Source of the DNA: Dehalococcoidia bacterium
Lineage (GTDB): Bacteria; Chloroflexota; Dehalococcoidia; UBA6926
Length of the DNA: 64,000 bases
Direction: 5' to 3'
Assembly: GCA_965205915.1 (NCBI GenBank)
Contig: OZ242191.1
Span: forward strand, 1,455,725-1,519,724
The notes under the pieces were generated by a model. That model saw nothing but the letters and a program-made list of their open reading frames with translations. It did not search any database and was not told the origin of the DNA. Of the stretch, positions 20,497 through 31,505 are shown piece by piece; position 1 is the stretch's first letter; every line of letters begins with the position of its first letter. The translations under genes were made by a program, and so were the position numbers.

Positions 20497-20805
20497 TCAG
20501 CGTCGTCTGCGGTGACTGCGCGAGAGGATGATCCCGGCGAAAAACAGCGCTCCTGCGAGCGCCAACACCCCCGCCAGGAGCCAGCCGCGTGCCTCCTGCC
20601 AGTTCACGGGGTGGCTGCGAGGCAGGAGAACCAGCCCAATGAAGACGCTCTGCGCCGCCACGCCGATGGAGAGCATGGACAGCGCCCATGCCCCGACGGT
20701 CGCTCGACGGTTGTTCCAACGCCGCGAGAGCAGGTAGCCTGCGTTGATGAGAGAGACGAGTGCCGTTAGCGAGTGCTCCACGGCGATGAGGATGAACCAC
20801 GGCAG
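20497..20805 (-). CDS. Small 3-TM membrane protein, first gene of the packaging operon
   Basis: Three hydrophobic segments and basic tail SHRRRR; AGGAGG lies ~8 nt before an in-frame CTG at 20805 (alternative GTG at 20781). Confidence 0.6.
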   Translation of the reverse strand: MPWFILIAVEHSLTALVSLINAGYLLSRRWNNRRATVGAWALSMLSIGVAAQSVFIGLVLLPRSHPVNWQEARGWLLAGVLALAGALFFAGIILSRSHRRRR

Positions 20806-20857
20806 TGTCGTGCCTCCTGTGCTTTTTCTGCGTCTATATGCGTGGGGTCAGGGCGTG

Positions 20858-20886
20858 AGAATAGAATAAATGTTCTTGTTCGTCAA
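20858..20886 (-). promoter_or_regulatory. sigma70 promoter with overlapping LexA-type (SOS) box
   Basis: TTGACG-17 bp-TATTCT; AGAACATTTATTCT (20863-20876) is one mismatch from AGAAC-N4-GTTCT. Confidence 0.72.
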
Positions 20887-21010
20887 TGAGGCATGTCACG
20901 CTAATCGGCCACGGGATGCGCGAGAACGCCGCCCAACTCTTGCCACTCAGATACACTGTTAAGGGCGCGCATGGCGCGTCTGTCTACTTTCAAACGGAGG
21001 CGGAGCCAGG

Positions 21011-21655
21011 GTGCAGGATCGATTTCCAAATAGAACACTCACGGGAGCGCTATTGGTCGTTGTGGCGGTGTTGATGCTCGTGGGCGGCGGTTGCACCGTC
21101 GCCGATAGCCTGATTCGTCAGCCGCTGCCGCCGTCCGAGACGCTGGCGCTGGAGGCGATTCTCCTTGAAGGTGGCGGAATGCTCCCCGGCACGCAGGTCG
21201 TTCGGATTGGCTGGAACCCGCCGGACGAAAACGCTAAGGCTGATCTCATCGTCATCGAGCGGTCAGTCAACGCGAATGGACCCTGGGTAGAGATCGCTGC
21301 CAAGCTGCCTGCCACGGGTTATCACGAGGAAACGGCCACCTTTCGGCACGGCAGTTTCTATTACTTCCGCGCGTTCATGACGCGTGGGAATGAGGAAACG
21401 GAGCCGGCCGAGCCGATATCAGTGCATATACCGGACGTGGGCGCCCTCCAGCGGACTGCGCCCGGCGTCGTCGTCCCGGCAAACAGCACGCCAACGCCGG
21501 CGCCCGGATCGGACGTGCCGCCAACGCCATTGCCAACACCGTCCGGGGATCAGTCAGCGCCCTTCATGGTTGTCCCCCCGACACCCACGCCCCTCGCGAC
21601 CGCGACGCCGACGCCGTATCCGACTCGCGCACCCACACCAACACCAACGAGCTAG
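21011..21655 (+). CDS. Putative lipoprotein with FN3-like domain and Pro/Thr-rich tail
   Basis: Hydrophobic leader ending GGGC; IGWNPP...IERS...YYFRA; PT repeats. Confidence 0.7.
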   Translation: MQDRFPNRTLTGALLVVVAVLMLVGGGCTVADSLIRQPLPPSETLALEAILLEGGGMLPGTQVVRIGWNPPDENAKADLIVIERSVNANGPWVEIAAKLPATGYHEETATFRHGSFYYFRAFMTRGNEETEPAEPISVHIPDVGALQRTAPGVVVPANSTPTPAPGSDVPPTPLPTPSGDQSAPFMVVPPTPTPLATATPTPYPTRAPTPTPTS

Positions 21656-21778
21656 CTGGGCATCGAGCCCTTTAACACTTGACGATGAACGTGGCCAATT
21701 CCTAGAATCTGAGCATCTTTCGCGCCCCGTTTTCCGCGTATCCGTGTTTGCGGCGGGCGGGGCATAGGTGGGAACTAT

Positions 21779-22462
21779 ATGCTGACGGATATCCCGGCCG
21801 TTGTCGTGGACAGACTGCCGCACTACTTGCGGACGCTGCGTCTCATGCTCGACGACGGGACCGAAGTCGTCAGTTCACGGGAGCTTGGCGAGGCGCTGGG
21901 GACGACACCGGCGCAGATTCGTAAAGACCTCAGCTACTTTGGGCGCTTTGGCAAACAGGGCCGTGGCTATGACGTGTCGGCCCTGCTGAGCGACCTGACA
22001 CGCATCCTGGGTCTGGAACGCTCATGGCCGGTTGTGCTCGTCGGTGTCGGCCGTCTCGGGCGCGCCATCATCACCTATCCCGGCCTGACGCCGGAGGGTT
22101 TTCATGTGCGCGCGGCGTTTGACGCAGACCCGCGTATCGTCGGTAGCAACGTTGATACAGTGCCGGTTCGCCCGACAAGCGAGATGGAGAGCTACATCCG
22201 CAGCGAGGGCATCGATATCGCCATCCTGGCGACCCCCGGCGATGTGGCGCAGGACGTCATCGACCGTCTGGTTGCATGTGGCATCCGCGGCATCCTCAAC
22301 TACGCGCCAATTACCCCCCATGTGCCGCAAGGTATCACCGTGCGGACGATAGACCCGGTTCAAGCCCTCCAGACCATGACGTTCTACCTACGGGACTCAG
22401 AGGGAGAGGAAGAAGACCCCCCCAAACGCAAACGAGGCAGGCGAGGGAACTCGCGGCGCTAG
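21779..22462 (+). CDS. rex: Redox-sensing transcriptional repressor Rex
   Basis: RLPHYLR, QIRKDLSYFGRFGKQGRGY, GVGRLGRA, ILNYAP. Confidence 0.96.
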   Translation: MLTDIPAVVVDRLPHYLRTLRLMLDDGTEVVSSRELGEALGTTPAQIRKDLSYFGRFGKQGRGYDVSALLSDLTRILGLERSWPVVLVGVGRLGRAIITYPGLTPEGFHVRAAFDADPRIVGSNVDTVPVRPTSEMESYIRSEGIDIAILATPGDVAQDVIDRLVACGIRGILNYAPITPHVPQGITVRTIDPVQALQTMTFYLRDSEGEEEDPPKRKRGRRGNSRR

Positions 22463-22483
22463 ACATCCGCCAACGGACAAAAT

Positions 22484-22630
22484 CCCCGCGTCTCCGCCCG
22501 CATCCGCCCCGCGTCCCCCCGCATCCCCCCGCGTCTCTCCCCGCGTCTCCCCCCGCATCCCCCCGCGTCCCCCCGCAACCCCCCGCGTCTCCCCCCGCAT
22601 CCCCACCCGAATCCCCCGCGAAGGCGGGGG
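22484..22630. repeat. C-rich tandem array of ~10-12-nt units (CCCCGCGTCT / CCCCGCATCC) ending in a CCCCCGCGAAGGCGGGG hairpin
   Basis: Direct reading. Confidence 0.85.
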
Positions 22631-22679
22631 CCACCCCGCCCGCAGGGCGGCCGGAATCGTCATCCTTCGCGCTCCACTC

Positions 22680-22707
22680 TGTCATTCCGAGCGTAGCGAG
22701 GAATCTC
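22680..22707 (+). repeat. GTCATTCC-type REP-like palindrome
   Basis: TGTCATTCCGAGCGTAGCGAGGAATCTC. Confidence 0.65.
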
Positions 22708-22763
22708 AAAAACGCGCCGTTGACCGCCGATGCCCGAATGCGGCGGATCGATACAGCTGTGGC

Positions 22764-23144
22764 TCAGGAGATGGACCAGTCTTCCCGTGTAACCTGGTAG
22801 CCCGTGTATTTGTCCGCAACCGGCGCGGCAATGTCGCGCGCCCGTCTCCCGTAACTCTCCGCCGATTCCTCGTACGAGCCAAGTGGGCTGGAGAGCCTGT
22901 CCCCGGCGAACATTCTCATAAGGAGGTAATCCACTTCCGGCGCCGCAGCGTCCCTCTTTGAACGGTATTCTTCCTGTGATACTCCATTGCTCCGGCCCGT
23001 TACGGCTAGCAAGAATAACCCGACCGCCTTGCGCGCCACCTCTTCAAGCTCGTCCTGGGACATCCGCATGGCGGACTCGCTGTGCTCATACCAAATCTCC
23101 GGGATATTCTCCCGCGAGAAAGAGGATGCTCGATCATTGTCCAT
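22764..23144 (-). CDS. Hypothetical protein
   Basis: 126-aa ORF with plausible composition, no recognised motif. Confidence 0.5.
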   Translation of the reverse strand: MDNDRASSFSRENIPEIWYEHSESAMRMSQDELEEVARKAVGLFLLAVTGRSNGVSQEEYRSKRDAAAPEVDYLLMRMFAGDRLSSPLGSYEESAESYGRRARDIAAPVADKYTGYQVTREDWSIS

Positions 23145-23170
23145 ACAGCGTGGTCCCCCCTCAAAACCAA

Positions 23171-23200
23171 CGTAGGAGCGGCTCGTGAGCCACCCCTACA
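23171..23200 (+). repeat. GTAG-type REP element
   Basis: CGTAGGAGCGGCTCGTGAGCCACCCCTACA. Confidence 0.72.
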
Positions 23201-23239
23201 GATGTTGTTCACGCCGCACACCGTCCGCGCGCCGACTGC

Positions 23240-23455
23240 TTAACTCAATGTTTGTTGTTCGGAATGCTCCGCGAGGAGTCTACGCACGGTGGGAACAAGT
23301 TCCTTGGGGATGACCATCACGGCGTTATTCGGATCATTGAACGCAGCCTCATCCTCCGCAGCCCACCCTTCACCATCAAGGCTGTCGTAGTATTCGATGA
23401 CGTTGCGAACACGTTCCGCATCCCATCCGGGCGGGTAAACATTTGGATCATTCAT
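23240..23455 (-). CDS. Small putative antitoxin, paralog 2
   Basis: YPPGWDAERVRNVIEYYD...AEDEAAF...IPKELVPTVRRLLA. Confidence 0.72.
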   Translation of the reverse strand: MNDPNVYPPGWDAERVRNVIEYYDSLDGEGWAAEDEAAFNDPNNAVMVIPKELVPTVRRLLAEHSEQQTLS

Positions 23456-23475
23456 CGGCTTTATTGTTCAGCCGA

Positions 23476-23688
23476 TTACTCCTCGGAATCCTCGGCATGT
23501 TGGGCCAGTAATCTGCGTACTGCAGGCAGCAGTTCACGGGGAATGACGACTACAACATTGTTGGGGTCATTGAAGGAAGCCTCGTCCTCGGCAGCCCATT
23601 CCTCGTCGGTCAGGCTGTCATAGTACTTGATGACCTCGTCGTAGCGGTGGTCGACTACGTACTTGGCCGGTTTGCGGACCTCACTCAC
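23476..23688 (-). CDS. Small putative antitoxin, paralog 1
   Basis: VIKYYDSL...AAEDEASF...IPRELLPAVRRLLA; GTGA overlap with the toxin gene. Confidence 0.72.
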   Translation of the reverse strand: MSEVRKPAKYVVDHRYDEVIKYYDSLTDEEWAAEDEASFNDPNNVVVVIPRELLPAVRRLLAQHAEDSEE

Positions 23689-23978
23689 CGGAATCGCCTC
23701 CTTCGCCGCCGCCTATAGGTCGCGAGCGCGGCGCCCCTCAGTTCATATGCCGTCACTATAACTGTTAGTTCTTCGCCTCTCCGCGACTGCTGTACAGCAT
23801 ATACGACGCGAATTATTCGCCCTGCGACCGTTGGGCCAGTAGCAATTCGCGTTCTGTTTCGGCTCGAATCATCCTGGGGTGCGGTCGCAAGTACATCTTC
23901 AGCCTCTTCTTCCGTAACTCCATGATCCAGTATATGAGGCAGGCTGGTTTCAGGGTTGACATTGTAAATGATGTCCAC
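23685..23978 (-). CDS. BrnT/DUF4258-like toxin
   Basis: HILDHGVTEEEAEDVL...GPTVAGRIIRVVY...IVTAY. Confidence 0.75.
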   Translation of the reverse strand: MDIIYNVNPETSLPHILDHGVTEEEAEDVLATAPQDDSSRNRTRIATGPTVAGRIIRVVYAVQQSRRGEELTVIVTAYELRGAALATYRRRRRRRFR

Positions 23979-24043
23979 TCAGTAGCCTCCGGCGAAATGT
24001 ACAGAACCGCACAGCGAGAACCAGCAGTGAGAGGTGGCGAGAC

Positions 24044-24073
24044 TGCAGGGGCGCCCTACAAGGCGCCCCTACG
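24044..24073 (-). repeat. GTAG-type REP element, inverted relative to the 23171 copy
   Basis: Minus strand CGTAGGGGCGCCTTGTAGGGCGCCCCTGCA. Confidence 0.72.
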
Positions 24074-24098
24074 TCTTTCGTCAAATGTGGTGTTTCCC

Positions 24099-24554
24099 CT
24101 AATCACCCAGCCGCGTCGGCTGTGGCCCCTGCCTCCGCCGGCGCGCCACGATGCGTTCTGCGACGCGAATTCGCGCCATTGACCGCAGCAACGCCGATTC
24201 TGCCCGCGCCATATCAAGCTCAGTCGTGGTGGCGCTGCGGTCCGTGATCCGCTCCTGCGCGCTTCGGCGCGCCGCCTCGGCCCGATCCATGTCGATGTCT
24301 TCTGCGTACTCCGCCGCATCGGACAGTATTGTCACTTGATCCGGGCCAATCTGGGCAAAGCCGCCGCTAATCACCAGCGATGTCTCTTCGCCTGACTTCC
24401 GCGTCAGCACCTCGCCCGGCTCAAGCAGCGTCACAATGCGCGCGTGGCGCGGCAAAACGCCAAGCTGACCCTCCTCGCCCGGCAGGACGACGATATCGAC
24501 GTCGTCCTCGTAGGCGATCTTGTCCAGTGCGATGATTTGCAGGTGGGTCGGCAT
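24099..24554 (-). CDS. atpC: ATP synthase F1 epsilon subunit
   Basis: LPGEEGQLGVLPRHA, ISGGFAQI. Confidence 0.96.
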   Translation of the reverse strand: MPTHLQIIALDKIAYEDDVDIVVLPGEEGQLGVLPRHARIVTLLEPGEVLTRKSGEETSLVISGGFAQIGPDQVTILSDAAEYAEDIDMDRAEAARRSAQERITDRSATTTELDMARAESALLRSMARIRVAERIVARRRRQGPQPTRLGD

Positions 24555-24556
24555 TT

Positions 24557-25963
<1,407 letters not shown>

Positions 25964-25967
25964 TCAC

Positions 25968-26657
25968 CTAGCGTGCCGGGGCCAGTTCGGCCCCTTCTCC
26001 AAAGTAGCGATCCACGTCAAACTCACGAAGGCTGTTGATAATCTCATCCGCCTTCGATATATCCAGTGTTGTTGTCATATCCGTGCGTAGGGCGACCGTG
26101 TAAATGCCTGCGCTCTTGGCGGCCGTAATGCCGACGGGGGAATCCTCGATAGCGACTGCGTCCACCGGATCCATTCCCATCAGTTCCGCGGCTTTGAGAT
26201 AGATATCCGGGGCGGGCTTGCTGCGCCGCACGTCAGAGGCGCACACCAGCGCGTCAAAGAAATCAGTCAATCCCAGCCTTTCCAGCTTGACCGCCAGCCA
26301 TCTGCTGCGCGTTGCCGTCGCCAAACCACGAGGAATACCCCTTCGCTCGACGACGCCGAGCAGTTCCTCAGCCTCCGGCCGCAGCGCCAACTCCTGCCGG
26401 AGTACACCCTCAAGAATGTCGCCATAGCGTTCTTCGTAGTGTTCCACCGATTCGGGTAAATTCCTGTCTCTAATCAGCTTTTCCCAGGCATTCCTGGCGT
26501 TGCGCCCGATGAATTGCTGGTACTCGGTTGGCGTGACCTGCTCCACACCGCACTCGGCAAGAACAACGTTCACTGATTTCAGATACAGCGGCTCACTGTC
26601 GATGAGCACGCCGTCGAAGTCAAAGATGATGCCGCGAGCCGGACGATGCGTGCTCAT
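25968..26657 (-). CDS. HAD-family phosphatase (subfamily IA, beta-PGM/CbbY-like)
   Basis: FDFDGVLIDSE, KPAPDIY, IEDSPVG. Confidence 0.93.
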   Translation of the reverse strand: MSTHRPARGIIFDFDGVLIDSEPLYLKSVNVVLAECGVEQVTPTEYQQFIGRNARNAWEKLIRDRNLPESVEHYEERYGDILEGVLRQELALRPEAEELLGVVERRGIPRGLATATRSRWLAVKLERLGLTDFFDALVCASDVRRSKPAPDIYLKAAELMGMDPVDAVAIEDSPVGITAAKSAGIYTVALRTDMTTTLDISKADEIINSLREFDVDRYFGEGAELAPAR

Positions 26658-27379
26658 TACGCAATTCCCTCCCGTGGCCCGTTCAGCAGCGCGTGGACGT
26701 CAATCTCCCGCAGTGAGTCAACGATGACGTGCGCGTAGGTCTGATCCACGTCCTGCATCCACGTTGTGCGGATAGCGATGGTGTATAGCCCAGCGTCCCG
26801 CGCCGCCCTGATTCCGCTTGGCGAGTCCTCGATGGCGAACGTCTCCGCGGGATTCACTCCCAATACTTGCGTAGCCTTCAGATAAATCTCGGGGTTCGGC
26901 TTGTGGGCGGAGACCATATCGCCGGTGACAATCGTGTCAAAGACGTCAGTGATGCCCATGATGCCAAGCCGCTGCCCGGCCCACTCACGACGCGCGGACG
27001 TGGCGAGGGCGAAAGGGACACCCGTCTGCCGAATGGCCGCGATGAGCTCCATCGCGCCGTCCGCAACCACCAACTCGGTGGGGAATAGCGACCGCGCAAT
27101 CACGTCAACACGATGCGTGTACTCATCCAGAGGTGTTGTGAGCGTCGGGCGCAACTTGCTGATGCGCCGCCACCACGAATCGTTGTCGAACCCGGTCATG
27201 GTCCGCGCCTCGTCGTGCGTCAGTGGCGCCTGTCCCTCCTCGGCAAGAAAGCGATTGATAGCGACAACGAGCACCGTCTCCGTGTCGCACAGCACGCCGT
27301 CAAGATCGGTGACGACGGCGCTCAGGCGCGGAGGCGCGTCTGCGAACCTGTCGATTGTGGACATGGCCACACCCTGCAT
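26657..27379 (-). CDS. HAD-family phosphatase (subfamily IA, beta-PGM/CbbY-like)
   Basis: TDLDGVLCDTE, ATS, KPNPEIY, IEDSPSG; alternative start 27364. Confidence 0.93.
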   Translation of the reverse strand: MQGVAMSTIDRFADAPPRLSAVVTDLDGVLCDTETVLVVAINRFLAEEGQAPLTHDEARTMTGFDNDSWWRRISKLRPTLTTPLDEYTHRVDVIARSLFPTELVVADGAMELIAAIRQTGVPFALATSARREWAGQRLGIMGITDVFDTIVTGDMVSAHKPNPEIYLKATQVLGVNPAETFAIEDSPSGIRAARDAGLYTIAIRTTWMQDVDQTYAHVIVDSLREIDVHALLNGPREGIA

Positions 27380-27382
27380 GGG

Positions 27383-28255
27383 CTACGCCTTCTCCAGCGC
27401 GGCGACGCCGCCGACGAGGTCGAGGAGTTCGTTGGTGATCGTCTCCTGCCTCGCCTTGTTGTACTCAAGCGTCAGGGCGTCGATCATCTCGTCCGCCGCG
27501 TCCGTTGCGGCGCGCATGGCGACCATTCGCGCGGACTGCTCCGACGCGGAGTTCTCAAGCGCCGCCTGGTAGATCTGCATTTCAACATAGCGGGGCAGCA
27601 GGCCGCCGAGCACCGTCGCCGCGTCCGGCTCGTATTCATAGTCGCCGAGCGACGCGCCCGCAGACTCGGCCGGAGGCTCAACCGGCAGCAACTGCCGAAT
27701 GACCGGCTCCTGCACGGCGGTGTTCACGAAATTGGCAAAGCCCAGGTAGACGCGATCAAGGCGGCCGGCCTCGTAGTCCTCCAACACGATGCGCGCGATG
27801 GGGGACAAATCGATCGGCTCAGGGAAATCGCCGAGGTTTGTGAATTCGGCGCGGATGTCCCGCCCACGCCGCGAGAAGAAATCATTGCCCTTCTTCCCGA
27901 CGGAGATATGCGAGACGGGGTGTTCCTGGGTTATGGCGAAATGGAGAGCGGCGCGGTTCAGGTTTGCGTTGAGGCCGCCGCACAGGCCGCGGTCCGGTGT
28001 GAACAGGATCAAACCGATGTTATTCGGCTCACGCACCTGCATGAGCGGGTGCGTGTCGTCCCCGCCCGCTGCGCTCTGCCGCCCTACGATGTCCGCAATG
28101 ACATCAAGAAGGCGCGTTGAGTAGGGGCGTGAGGCGAGCACACGCTGCTGCGCGCGCCTCATCTTTGCCGCCGCGATGAGTTCCATCGCGCTCGTGATGC
28201 GCTGCGTGTTCGTGACGCTCCGTATCCGCTGTCGAATCTGTCGTGTATTTGGCAC
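27383..28255 (-). CDS. atpG: ATP synthase F1 gamma subunit
   Basis: DRGLCGGLN, SEQSARMVAM, YNKARQETITNEL. Confidence 0.98.
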   Translation of the reverse strand: MPNTRQIRQRIRSVTNTQRITSAMELIAAAKMRRAQQRVLASRPYSTRLLDVIADIVGRQSAAGGDDTHPLMQVREPNNIGLILFTPDRGLCGGLNANLNRAALHFAITQEHPVSHISVGKKGNDFFSRRGRDIRAEFTNLGDFPEPIDLSPIARIVLEDYEAGRLDRVYLGFANFVNTAVQEPVIRQLLPVEPPAESAGASLGDYEYEPDAATVLGGLLPRYVEMQIYQAALENSASEQSARMVAMRAATDAADEMIDALTLEYNKARQETITNELLDLVGGVAALEKA

Positions 28256-28292
28256 GACGCCCTGTCCTCTCCGTGACGATCGTTCTTGCTAT

Positions 28293-29804
28293 CTAGTAGG
28301 TTCCGGTGTCCTTGAATTCCTGCACCGCCGTCCGCAAGGCCGCTTCCGTCTCCTCGCCCAGGTCTCCGGACTCCCGGATTGCGGTGAGAGCATCCCCGTG
28401 CGAGGCATCAAGGAAGGAGAGCAGCGCGCTCTCGAATGCGCCGATGCGCTCAATGGGCACATCGTCCATCAGGCCCTGCGTCGCGGCAAAGAGGACTGCC
28501 ACCTCTTTCTCCACGGTAAGCGGCTCATACTGTCCCTGCTTGAGAAGTTCCGTGAGAATCTGGCCGCGTTCCAACTGCCGCCGAGTCGCGGGATCGAGGT
28601 CGCCGCTTCCGAACTGCGCGAACGCCTGCAGGTTGCGGAACTGCGCCAAATCCAGCCGCATACGTCCTGCCACGCGGCGGATGGCGCGGGTCTGCGCTGC
28701 GCCGCCCACTCGTGATACCGATAGACCTGCGTTCACTGCCGGTCGAATGCCGGAGTTGAACAAGTCCGTCTCCAGGTAAATCTGTCCATCCGTGATTGAG
28801 ATGACGTTCGTCGGGATGTACGCGGACACGTCGCCGGCCTGCGTCTCGATGATGGGCAGAGCCGTCAGCGACCCTCCGCCGTTCTCCTCATTCATGCGCG
28901 CGGCGCGCTCAAGGAGGCGACTGTGGAGATAGAAAACGTCACCGGGGTATGCCTCGCGGCCCGGCGGGCGGCGGAGCAACAACGAGACCTCGCGGTACGC
29001 CCACGCGTGCTTGGAGAGGTCGTCATACACGATAAGGGCGTCCTTGCCCTCCTCCATGAACTCCTCGCCAATCGCGCAACCCGCGTACGGCGCAAGGTAC
29101 TGCATCGCGGCGGAGTCCGACGCGTTGGCTGTCACGACGACGGTGTGTTCCATCGCGCCGTTCTGCTCAAGCGTCGCGACCAGCTGCGCCACCTTGGACG
29201 CCTTCTGGCCGATGGCGACGTAGATGCAGATAAGATCGCCGCCCTTCTGGTTGATGATCGTATCGATGGCGATGGCCGTCTTGCCCGTTGAACGGTCGCC
29301 GATGATCAGCTCGCGCTGCCCTCGACCGACGGGAATCATCGCGTCAACCGCCTTGATTCCGGTCTGCACCGGCTTGTCGACGGACTGCCGCGTCACGACG
29401 TTTGGCGCGACTCTCTCCAGCGGGCGGAATCGCGTGGTCTGGATGGGGCCTTTGCCGTCGATGGGAACGCCGAGCGCGTCAACGACGCGGCCCAACATGG
29501 CGTCTCCAACCGGCACCTCTGCGATGCGGCTCGTTGTCCGAACTTCGGAGCCCTCCTTGATGCCGGCGGCGGAGCCGAGGATGACCGTACCGACGGTCTC
29601 CTCTTCAAGGTTCAGGGCGATGCCGATTGCGCCCGTCGCGAACTCGATCAGCTCGCCATAGCGCACCCCCGTGAGGCCGTGAACCGTCGCGATCCCGTCA
29701 CCGATCTGGATGACGGAGCCAACGTCCACGGTCTCAATTGAGACCCCGAAGTCCTCAATCTGACGCCGAATGATTGACGCAATGTCCTGGCCGCGAACAG
29801 CCAT
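28293..29804 (-). CDS. atpA: ATP synthase F1 alpha subunit
   Basis: [38 protein letters not shown]. Confidence 0.99.
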   Translation of the reverse strand: MAVRGQDIASIIRRQIEDFGVSIETVDVGSVIQIGDGIATVHGLTGVRYGELIEFATGAIGIALNLEEETVGTVILGSAAGIKEGSEVRTTSRIAEVPVGDAMLGRVVDALGVPIDGKGPIQTTRFRPLERVAPNVVTRQSVDKPVQTGIKAVDAMIPVGRGQRELIIGDRSTGKTAIAIDTIINQKGGDLICIYVAIGQKASKVAQLVATLEQNGAMEHTVVVTANASDSAAMQYLAPYAGCAIGEEFMEEGKDALIVYDDLSKHAWAYREVSLLLRRPPGREAYPGDVFYLHSRLLERAARMNEENGGGSLTALPIIETQAGDVSAYIPTNVISITDGQIYLETDLFNSGIRPAVNAGLSVSRVGGAAQTRAIRRVAGRMRLDLAQFRNLQAFAQFGSGDLDPATRRQLERGQILTELLKQGQYEPLTVEKEVAVLFAATQGLMDDVPIERIGAFESALLSFLDASHGDALTAIRESGDLGEETEAALRTAVQEFKDTGTY

Positions 29805-29922
29805 ATTTCAGTCCCCTTCTTGTCTTTCCGCCCGTTGGTTGCGGATGTCTGTCAGCTCAACACTGTGCCGCTGCGACACCCATATTTTCATTGCCACTAA
29901 TCTGTGTTTCCTTGTCATATCG

Positions 29923-30468
29923 TTATGAAGAGACCGCGCTCTCCCGGAGCCAGTCCCGCAGGTTGCGGAGGCGGGAACGGGTGCTGCCGTCCAGGACACG
30001 GTCGCCTACACGGGCGACAAATCCGCCGATAATCTCCGGATCAACGTCAATGGACAGCCTCAAATCACGTCCGACCTGCCGATTCAGCAACTCGCGCACC
30101 TGTTCCTGCAGATCATCGTCCATCGGCTCCGCGGACGTGACGCTTGCCGCGACGACGCCCCGTTCCTCATCCAGCATCTTGAGGTATCCGTCCAGGATGC
30201 CCTGCGCCAGGTGGGCGCGGTTGCGCCGGATCAGAACCATGGCGAGGTTGCGCGCAAACGGCGCGACGCTCCCCAGGTGCTGATCAAGCAGCTGTTGCTT
30301 GTTCTCCTGCGTAACGCGAGGCGATTCCACGAATGCCTGCACGTCCGGCAGTCCCAGGACATCGGCAACGGTCTGCAGATCGTCCCGCCACTGATCGAGC
30401 GTGTCCTGCTCACGGGCGATGTCAAACACCGCCTGCGAGTATCTGCGCGCCGATCCGCCGGAGGGCAT
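29923..30468 (-). CDS. atpH: ATP synthase delta subunit
   Basis: ARRYSQAVF, VDPEIIGGFVARVGDRVLDGS. Confidence 0.96.
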   Translation of the reverse strand: MPSGGSARRYSQAVFDIAREQDTLDQWRDDLQTVADVLGLPDVQAFVESPRVTQENKQQLLDQHLGSVAPFARNLAMVLIRRNRAHLAQGILDGYLKMLDEERGVVAASVTSAEPMDDDLQEQVRELLNRQVGRDLRLSIDVDPEIIGGFVARVGDRVLDGSTRSRLRNLRDWLRESAVSS

Positions 30469-30471
30469 GGG

Positions 30472-30981
30472 CTAGGAGCCTCCCTCGCTTGTGATCGACT
30501 CCGCCTCGCGCAGCACCTCTTCGACGAGGCCGCGATGCGTATCGTGGTCAATCGCGCGGTTGATGATGCGTTCGGCGGCCATCATGGAAAGATCAATGAC
30601 CTCTCGCCTGCCGCGTTCGATGATCTCGGCAGCCTCGCGTCGAAGCTCCTCCCGCGACCGCTCCGCGATCGCCTCCGCTTCCTCACGGGCCTGCGCAAGC
30701 AGTTCCTCGACCTGACGCCGGCTCGTCTCATTCGCCTGCTGGAGGATCTGCTGCGCGCGGTCTCGCGCTTCCGCGAGCGCCTGCTGCACCTCCTCGCCGC
30801 TACGGGCCGATTCCTCACGGGCGCGTTCCGCTTGCGAAAGCGCCTCCCGTATCCGTTCCGCTCGCTGATCAAGCATCCGCGTCACGGGCTTATAGAGAAT
30901 CAGCGACAGCAGAAACAGGAATATCCCGAAGTTGATGAACTGGCTGATCAGCCCGGGGATGTTGAATCCGATGGCTTCCAT
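30472..30981 (-). CDS. atpF: ATP synthase Fo b subunit
   Basis: N-terminal TM, YKPVTRMLDQRAERI, long helix. Confidence 0.96.
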   Translation of the reverse strand: MEAIGFNIPGLISQFINFGIFLFLLSLILYKPVTRMLDQRAERIREALSQAERAREESARSGEEVQQALAEARDRAQQILQQANETSRRQVEELLAQAREEAEAIAERSREELRREAAEIIERGRREVIDLSMMAAERIINRAIDHDTHRGLVEEVLREAESITSEGGS

Positions 30982-31055
30982 CGACTCATGCCCCCTTCCG
31001 ACCGGCTACATGCATCTGCGCCGACATCACATTGTCCTGTCGTTGTGTCACCGTC

Positions 31056-31493
<438 letters not shown>

Positions 31494-31505
31494 CTACTCG
31501 TCGCG

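Noticed and set aside
16314..20886. Complete prophage or phage satellite
   Set aside because: No integrase, att pair, repressor, primase/replication, capsid or tail genes in the window; one flank is core genes
29808..29999. Small ORF between atpH and atpA
   Set aside because: Overlaps atpH out of frame, no RBS or recognisable motif
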